This document shows positions 25,979 to 32,000 of a DNA stretch of 32,000 nt, one piece after another. A program made the position numbers and the translations under genes. Below the pieces are notes generated by a model. That model saw only the letters and a list, made by a program, of their open reading frames with translations, was not told the DNA's origin and searched no databases. The DNA is from Pseudomonas aeruginosa (GTDB lineage: Bacteria; Pseudomonadota; Gammaproteobacteria; Pseudomonadales; Pseudomonadaceae), in NCBI RefSeq assembly GCF_001457615.1, contig NZ_LN831024.1, positions 3,960,001 to 3,992,000 on the forward strand. Reading direction: 5' to 3'. Each line of letters starts with the position of its first letter. Position 1 is the stretch's first letter.

Positions 25979-28900
25979 CTACCAGGTATCCACGAACGGC
26001 CGCTTGCGCCCCGCCCTCGGCACCGGTTCTCCGGCGACGGCCAGGCCGCGCAGGAGCCAGGCGCGTGTCTCCGCCGGGTCGATCACCGCGTCGATCTCCA
26101 GGTAGCTGGCCATGTTCAGCGCCTTGCCGTTGCGGTAGGCCTTGTCCACCATGCCGCGGAACAGCGCCTCGCGCCGCTGGGGATCTTCCTCGGCCGCCAG
26201 CTCCTTGGCGAAGCCCAGCCGCACCGCGCCTTCCAGGCCCATGGCGCCGAACTCGCCGCTGGGCCAGGCGACGGTGAACAGCGGCGAATGGAAGCTGCCC
26301 GCCGCCATGGCCTGGGCTCCCAGTCCGTAGCCCTTGCGCAGGACCACGGTGAAGAACGGCACCGTCAGGCTGGCGGCGCTGACGAACATCCGCGAGACGT
26401 GGCGCACCGTGGCCTGTTTTTCCGCCTCCGGGCCGACCATGAAGCCAGGGGTGTCGCAGAGCGAGACGATCGGGATGTCGAAGGCGTCGCACAACTGCAT
26501 GAAGCGCGCGGCCTTGTCGCCAGCCGCGGCATCGATGGCGCCGCCGAGATGGCCAGGGTTGTTGGCGATCAGGCCGAACGCCCGGCCCTCGATGCGCAGC
26601 AGCGCGGTGACCAGGCCGGGAGCGAACTGGCGCCGCAGTTCCAGCACGCTGCCCCGGTCGGCCAGGACCTCGATCGCCTGGCGGATGTCGTAGGCACGCA
26701 GGCGGTTCTCCGGCACCAGGTGGCGCAACTCGCGCTGGTCGGCGCAACTCCAGTCGGGCAGCGGGTCCTGGAAATAGCCGAGATAGCGCCTGGCCACCGC
26801 GACCGCTTCGGCCTCGTCCTCCACCAGTACGTCGATCACTCCGTTGGGCCCCTGCACGCCCGTCGGACCGACCTCCTCGGCGGCGAAACGGCCCAGGCCG
26901 CCGCCCTCGATCATCGCCGGGCCGGCCATGCCGATGGTGGCGTCGCGGGTGGCGATGATCACATCGCAGCAGCCCAGCAACGCGGCATTGCCGGCGAAGC
27001 AGCGACCGGAGACCACTCCCACCAGCGGCACCAGCCCGGAGAGCCGGGCCATGCCGACGAAGGTATGGCAATCGAGGCCGGCGACGCCGACGAAATCGGT
27101 ATCGCCCGGGCGCCCGCCGCCGCCCTCGGCGAACAGCACCAGCGGCAAGCGCCACTGTTCGGCCAGGCCGAGCAGGCGGTCGGTCTTCTTGTGGTTCATC
27201 ACCCCCTGGGTGCCGGCGAACACCGTGTAGTCGTAGGCCAGTACCAGGCAACGCGCGGCCTGCACGCCGAAGCTGGCGGCCCCCACCGTACCGGTGCCGG
27301 CGACCAGGCCATCGGCGGGGCTCAGCTCCAGCAACTCCTCGGCGGAGCGCCGGCGACGCTGGGCGGCCAGGGCGAAACCGCCATATTCGCTGAAGCTGCC
27401 CTCGTCCAGCAGGTCGAGCACGTTCTCCCGCGCGGTACGCTGTCCGGTCTTGCGCCGCCTGGCCAGCGCCTGCGGACGACGCTCGTCGCCCAGCGCTGCC
27501 TGGCGCTCGAGTACCTCGGCGAGATCGGCGCGGATATGCGCCAGGTCCAGCGCCTGTTCGGTCGGTGCCTGCTCGTCGTCATCCTCCGTCGGTTCGAGGA
27601 ACAGCAGCGTCGCGCCCTCCTCCAGAGGCTCCCCGAGGCTCGCCGCGAGTCGCCGGACGATACCGCCGCCGGGTGCCTTGACCTCGAATTCCATCTTCAT
27701 CGCTTCCAGGATCGCGACCCGCTGGCCGGCACGCACCCGTTCGCCATCGGCCACTTCCAGGGCCACCAGCACCCCGCTGCTCGGCGCAGACAGCGGCAGG
27801 CTGCCGAGTGGCGCCTCGACCCGCGCAGGCGCGGCGTCCTCGGCGAGCGGGCACTCGGCGCGGAGCCGCGGATGGCTCGCCGGGATAGGCGCCAGCAGTG
27901 TCTCCAGGTGGCTTTCGACGAAGCGGGTGTCGACCCGGTTGGCCTGTACCGCCGGATGCAGCAGAAGGTTGCGCAGCAGATCCAGGTTGCTCGCCACGCC
28001 CTCCAGGCGGAATTCGCAGAGCGCCCGGTAGGCCCGGCGCAACGCGGCGGGATAATCCGCACCGCGCACGACCAGCTTGGCCAGCAGCGAATCGTAGCTG
28101 GGGCTGACCCGATAGCCGGCATAGCCGTAGCCGTCCACCCGCAGGCCGGGACCGCTGGGCGGTTCGTAGGCGCCGATAGTGCCCACCGCCGGACGGGCGC
28201 TGCCGTCGGCCGCCAGGGTCTCCAGGTTGATCCGCAGTTGCACCGCGCAGCCGCCGATCGCCGGCGGTCGCTCCAGGCCGAGGGCGGCAAGCTCCATGCC
28301 GGCGGCGAGACGCAACTGGGCGTGCAGCAGGTCGACCCCGGTGACTTCCTCGGTGACGGTGTGCTCCACCTGGATGCGCGGATTGGCTTCCATGAAATAG
28401 AAGCGCCCGGGGCGCTCGTCGTCGACCAGGAACTCGAAGGTACCGATCCCCCGATAGCGCACCGCGCCGGCCATGCGCAGGGCGCAATCGATCAGCGCCT
28501 CGCGAGTGGCCTCCGGCAGGTCCGGGCTGGGGGCGATCTCCAGCAGCTTCTGCTGGCGCCGTTGCAGGCTGCAATCGCGCTCCCAGAGGTGGCTGACCGC
28601 ACCGCTGCCGTCGCCGAGCACCTGCACCTCGATGTGCCGCGCCCGCGCTACCCGTTGCTCGACGTATAACTCGTCCCGGCTGAACGCCGCCTGCGCCTCG
28701 GCACGGCAGCGGCGGTAGGCATCGGCCAGTTGCGCAACCTCCTCCACCGCGCGCATGCCACGTCCGCCGCCGCCGGCAAGGGCCTTGAGCATCACCGCGG
28801 AGCCATCGCCCAGCCCTTCCAGGAACGCCTCGGCCTCTTCGACGCTGACCGCACGGTTGATCCCGGCCACCAGCGGCACCTCCAGGCGCTCGGCCAGGGC

Positions 28901-29245
28901 GCGCGCGGCAGCCTTGTCGCCGAACAGGTCGAGCACTTCCGCTTGCGGCCCGACGAAGTGGATGCCCGCGCGCTGGCAGCGACGGGCGAATTCGCCGTTC
29001 TCGGCGAGGAAACCGTAGCCCGGATGGATCGCCTCGCAGCCCTGCTCCAGGGCCAGCGCGACCAGCCGATCCATGTCGAGATAGGCCGCCACGCCACGGC
29101 CGGCCAGCGGCAGCGCGACATCGGCCTTGCGCACGTGCAGGGACGCGGCATCGTCTTCCGCGAACACCGCCACCGAGCGGATACCCAGGTCGGCGCAGGC
29201 GCGGGCGATGCGAATGGCGATCTCGCCGCGGTTGGCGATCAGCAA
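25979..29245 (-). CDS. Single-chain biotin-dependent acyl-CoA carboxylase (biotin carboxylase - biotinyl domain - carboxyltransferase), often annotated as pyruvate carboxylase
   Basis: LIANRGEIAIRIARACADLGIRSVAV (BC), LKALAGGGGRGMR, EMNPRIQVEH-like EANPRIQVEHTVTEEVTG, biotin site ILEAMKMEFEVKAPG, then crotonase-fold carboxyltransferase segments LIANNPGHLGGAIDAAAGDKAARFMQLCDAFDIPIVSLCDTPGFMVG. TTG as first codon; see finding about the true start. Confidence 0.9.
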   Translation of the reverse strand: MLIANRGEIAIRIARACADLGIRSVAVFAEDDAASLHVRKADVALPLAGRGVAAYLDMDRLVALALEQGCEAIHPGYGFLAENGEFARRCQRAGIHFVGPQAEVLDLFGDKAAARALAERLEVPLVAGINRAVSVEEAEAFLEGLGDGSAVMLKALAGGGGRGMRAVEEVAQLADAYRRCRAEAQAAFSRDELYVEQRVARARHIEVQVLGDGSGAVSHLWERDCSLQRRQQKLLEIAPSPDLPEATREALIDCALRMAGAVRYRGIGTFEFLVDDERPGRFYFMEANPRIQVEHTVTEEVTGVDLLHAQLRLAAGMELAALGLERPPAIGGCAVQLRINLETLAADGSARPAVGTIGAYEPPSGPGLRVDGYGYAGYRVSPSYDSLLAKLVVRGADYPAALRRAYRALCEFRLEGVASNLDLLRNLLLHPAVQANRVDTRFVESHLETLLAPIPASHPRLRAECPLAEDAAPARVEAPLGSLPLSAPSSGVLVALEVADGERVRAGQRVAILEAMKMEFEVKAPGGGIVRRLAASLGEPLEEGATLLFLEPTEDDDEQAPTEQALDLAHIRADLAEVLERQAALGDERRPQALARRRKTGQRTARENVLDLLDEGSFSEYGGFALAAQRRRRSAEELLELSPADGLVAGTGTVGAASFGVQAARCLVLAYDYTVFAGTQGVMNHKKTDRLLGLAEQWRLPLVLFAEGGGGRPGDTDFVGVAGLDCHTFVGMARLSGLVPLVGVVSGRCFAGNAALLGCCDVIIATRDATIGMAGPAMIEGGGLGRFAAEEVGPTGVQGPNGVIDVLVEDEAEAVAVARRYLGYFQDPLPDWSCADQRELRHLVPENRLRAYDIRQAIEVLADRGSVLELRRQFAPGLVTALLRIEGRAFGLIANNPGHLGGAIDAAAGDKAARFMQLCDAFDIPIVSLCDTPGFMVGPEAEKQATVRHVSRMFVSAASLTVPFFTVVLRKGYGLGAQAMAAGSFHSPLFTVAWPSGEFGAMGLEGAVRLGFAKELAAEEDPQRREALFRGMVDKAYRNGKALNMASYLEIDAVIDPAETRAWLLRGLAVAGEPVPRAGRKRPFVDTW

Positions 29246-29472
29246 GGCGTTGAAGGGGGAGCGGTCACGGCAGGTTCTCCGGGGAGCGGGTCAGGCGGCC
29301 GGCGAAAGGAGCTGGCCCGGCGGCGCGTTGGTCATCGTCGCAGGCATCTTAGGCAGCCGAAGGAAGCGGCAGAACTGAGGCTTATTCATCGACATCCATG
29401 AAGCCTATGCATGGTTCTATCGGCGAGCATGCCTGCTAGGCTGGCGCCTTCCCCAGACAGGCGCGCGCAAAC

Positions 29473-30393
29473 ATGAATCAGCCACATGAATGGTCGCCCC
29501 TCAGCCGTTTCGATCTGAACCTGTTCCGGGTCTTCGAAGTGGTCTATCGAGAACGCAACCTGACCCGCGCGGCGGGCCTCCTGCATCTCAGCCAGTCGGC
29601 CGTCAGCCACGCCCTGGCGCGCCTGCGCGACCAGCTCGGCGACCCGCTGTTCGTCCGCCAGGGGCGCGGGGTTGCGCCGACGCCGCTGGCCGAGCGACTG
29701 GCGCCGGGCATCCATGACGCCCTCGCCGGCCTGCACCGCAGCATGAATCGCTGCCAGACGTTCGACCCTCGGCGCGACGCGCGGACCTTCCAACTGAACA
29801 TGCCGGAGCAACTGGAGCCGCTGGTGCTCCCGGCGATCCTCGCCCACCTGCGCCAGGCCGCGCCGCGCATCGAGATACGCTGCAACAGCCTGCACTGGGC
29901 GGACCTGAAGGCGGAACTGGGCGCCGGACGCATCGACCTCGCCATCGAGATCGCCCGGCCCACCGACGCCGCCCTGCGCCGCCAGCACCTGCTCGACGAC
30001 AGCCTGTGCGTGATGGCCGGGCCGGGCTTCGCCGGCGAACTGAGTGCGGAGGAGTACCTGGCGGCGGACCATGTCGCGGTGACCTCGCGGCGACGCGGCA
30101 TCTGCATCGAAGACCTGGCCCTCGGCCACCTCGGCCTGACCCGCCAGGTGCGCCAGCGCTGCCAGCACTACCTGTCGGCGGCGTTGCTGGTGGCCCAGGG
30201 CGGCTACCTGCTGACCCTGACCCGAGGCTACGCCGAACTGATCAACCGCGGCCTGGGCAACCGCCTGCTGCCGATGCCGCTGGCCCTGCCAGCGGTGACT
30301 CTGAATCTCTACTGGTCGCGCCAGGCCGACGACGAAGCCGGCAGCCTCTGGCTGCGCGGCGAACTGGCGGAGCTGGCGACGCGCCTGCGCTGA
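29473..30393 (+). CDS. LysR-type transcriptional regulator
   Basis: FDLNLFRVFEVVYRERNLTRAAGLLHLSQSAVSHALARLRDQLGDPLFVRQGRG; 306 aa. Confidence 0.94.
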   Translation: MNQPHEWSPLSRFDLNLFRVFEVVYRERNLTRAAGLLHLSQSAVSHALARLRDQLGDPLFVRQGRGVAPTPLAERLAPGIHDALAGLHRSMNRCQTFDPRRDARTFQLNMPEQLEPLVLPAILAHLRQAAPRIEIRCNSLHWADLKAELGAGRIDLAIEIARPTDAALRRQHLLDDSLCVMAGPGFAGELSAEEYLAADHVAVTSRRRGICIEDLALGHLGLTRQVRQRCQHYLSAALLVAQGGYLLTLTRGYAELINRGLGNRLLPMPLALPAVTLNLYWSRQADDEAGSLWLRGELAELATRLR

Positions 30394-30408
30394 GCGCGGG
30401 CGCTGCGT

Positions 30409-30750
30409 CTAGGGCTTCGCCGCCTTGGCGCGGGCCTTCTGCAGCCACTGCCCGGCCTTCGCCGAACACTCCGTGACATAGGTCGTATCGATCGCGCAGC
30501 GCTCCCCGGTGGCCTTGAGCAGGTAGGCGGCATCGGCTACCTCGTAGTCGGTGTGCCGGCGCGGCGTACCGTTCGCCTGGGATTCGCGTTCGTCCTCGCG
30601 GATGTCGCAGTACAGCGCATTGCTGCGGGCGAACAGTTCTAGGCACTCGGCATCCTTGCCCAGCAATGGGTTGGCGCTGTCCTCGGCGGACTTGGAGCAG
30701 CCGCCGAGCAGCAGGCAGGCGCAGGCAATCGTGGCAAGCGGGCTACGCAT
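30409..30750 (-). CDS. Small putative lipoprotein
   Basis: MRSPLATIACACLLLGGCSKS... signal peptide with lipobox LLGGC; 113 aa. Confidence 0.75.
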   Translation of the reverse strand: MRSPLATIACACLLLGGCSKSAEDSANPLLGKDAECLELFARSNALYCDIREDERESQANGTPRRHTDYEVADAAYLLKATGERCAIDTTYVTECSAKAGQWLQKARAKAAKP

Positions 30751-30830
30751 GTGTCCGTTTCCTTGGCCATGGAGAGTGCGCCATTAAAACAGCCCCGGCG
30801 CCTCGGCGCACCCGCGGCGTGCCCATGGTG

Positions 30831-31463
30831 CTACTCCGCATCCCCCTGCCCCAGCAGCGCCCGGTACTTCACCGCCGCCGCGGTCCGCGACGGCACGTCC
30901 AGCGCCCGCAGCAGCGACGACACATGGATGCGCACCGTGTAGTGGGAGATGTCCAGGGCGCGGCCGATCTCCTTGTTGCTCTTGCCCTGGGCCAGCAGGC
31001 GCAGGACATCCAGTTGGCGCTCGGTGAGCCCCTCCAGGCGCGGGCTGGGCTGCAGCGGCAGGAGGCCGGAGGGTTCGTAGCGCACCAGCACTTCCCCGGC
31101 GCGGATGGCCAGAATCGCCTGGCCGAGTTCCTCGGGCGCGATGCTCTTGCCGAGGAAGCCGTCGGCCCCTGCGTTCATCACTTCGCCGATGAGCTGCGGG
31201 TCGTCGACCATCGAGACGACGATCAGGGTGGTGCGCGGGAACCGGCGGCGCAGGTCGGCGAGCATCTCGATGCGGGTCAGGCCGGGGAAACGCAGGTCGA
31301 GGATCAGCGAATCGGGCTGCTCGCCTTCGTCAGCCAGGCGCAGGACCCCGGCGAGATCGCCGGCCTCCTCGATCCTGGCCTCGGGCAGCAGGCGCTGGAG
31401 GATACTCAGCATGCCCTCGCGAAACAGCGGATGATCATCGGCGACGATGATGCGGCCAGTCAT
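30831..31463 (-). CDS. NarL/FixJ-type response regulator (REC + LuxR HTH)
   Basis: MTGRIIVADDHPLFREGMLSIL... SLILDLRFPG... LTERQLDVLRLLAQGKSNKEIGRALDISHYTVRIHVSSLLRALDVPSR. Confidence 0.94.
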   Translation of the reverse strand: MTGRIIVADDHPLFREGMLSILQRLLPEARIEEAGDLAGVLRLADEGEQPDSLILDLRFPGLTRIEMLADLRRRFPRTTLIVVSMVDDPQLIGEVMNAGADGFLGKSIAPEELGQAILAIRAGEVLVRYEPSGLLPLQPSPRLEGLTERQLDVLRLLAQGKSNKEIGRALDISHYTVRIHVSSLLRALDVPSRTAAAVKYRALLGQGDAE

Positions 31464-31608
31464 TCTTGTAGTCTCCAGGAGTCGCAGTTTCCGCCGCGCA
31501 TGCTACCTTAGCCCGCTACCGCCGCGCCCACCCTTCGTCCGTCTTCGTGACGAAGGGGGCGAAACAGAGGAAAAGGCGCGCGGCGCTCCCATGCACACGG
31601 AGGTGCAC

Positions 31609-32000
31609 ATGAAGTTCGAGAAGAATACCGAGCTGGACCAGGCCAACCTGCGACTGATCGTGGCCACCTGCGCGATCCTCTACGTGGTGCTGATCGGCCT
31701 GCTGCCCGGCCTGAAGGTCGAGACCTACCTGCCGATCGTTGCCTACTACGGCCTGTTCCTGATCGCCTCCATACTGCTGCGCCAGGCCATCGTGCGCTGG
31801 CCGGGGCACTACCCGGCGCGGCGGATCTTCTGCATGCTGCACGACTACGCCGGCACCTCGTTCGGCCTGATCGTGGGCGGCGAGGCAGCGCTGCCGCTGT
31901 ACGCGGTGATGGTCTGGATCAACCTGGGCAACGGCATGCGCTACGGCTCGCGCTACCTGGCCATCGCCACCGCCCTGGCGCTGCTCGCGCTACTGGTCAT
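31609..32000 (+). CDS. N-terminal membrane part of sensor kinase (RpfC-like / DSF-responsive PA1396 by position), partial
   Basis: MKFEKNTELDQANLRLIVATCAILYVVLIGLLPGLKVETYLPIVAYYGLFLIASILLRQAIVRWPGHYPARRIFCMLHDYAGTSFGLIVGGEAALPLYAVMVWINLGNGMRYGSRYLAIATALALLALLV. SD GGAGG before ATG 31609 (alternative ATG 31591). Kinase domains lie outside the window. Confidence 0.75.
   Translation, partial: MKFEKNTELDQANLRLIVATCAILYVVLIGLLPGLKVETYLPIVAYYGLFLIASILLRQAIVRWPGHYPARRIFCMLHDYAGTSFGLIVGGEAALPLYAVMVWINLGNGMRYGSRYLAIATALALLALLV

Noticed and set aside
26288-28669. 793-aa plus-strand ORF opposite the carboxylase
   Set aside because: Antisense shadow of the carboxylase gene; composition is compositional artefact.

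Overview
The window looks like ordinary Pseudomonas aeruginosa core chromosome. By gene order and protein signatures it corresponds to roughly PA1424 down to PA1396 in PAO1 numbering; locus tags are recalled from knowledge and were not checked by a search. From left to right it contains: a DTW-domain protein (partial); the biofilm-dispersion chemotaxis-like regulator BdlA; the guanidinobutyrase regulator/enzyme pair GbuR/GbuA; a co-directional cluster (NTF2-like protein, NCS1 permease, SSS symporter, ThDP decarboxylase, FAD-linked oxidoreductase, MBL-fold protein) that reads as a guanidino-compound catabolic module; a short-ORF locus (PA1414) matching the low-oxygen-induced small RNA SicX locus; a LysR regulator and an MFS transporter; an EamA exporter, polyamine-binding protein and acetylpolyamine aminohydrolase; an MscS-family channel; an rRNA-methyltransferase-like protein, a nucleotidyltransferase and a UvrD-like helicase; a TetR regulator and O-methyltransferase-like protein; a single-chain biotin-dependent acyl-CoA carboxylase; and a LysR regulator, a lipoprotein and a response regulator/sensor kinase pair at the right edge. 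The most interesting non-protein signal is the approximately 350 bp between the MBL gene and the LysR gene (about 11400-11751). It has a degenerate Anr/FNR-like box plus a -10 at the correct spacing, a perfect 12-bp inverted repeat, an anti-Shine-Dalgarno CU-rich stretch, a hairpin that could sequester the ribosome binding site of a 44-aa ORF, and a terminal hairpin. No CRISPR array, rRNA, tRNA, IS element or prophage was recognised.
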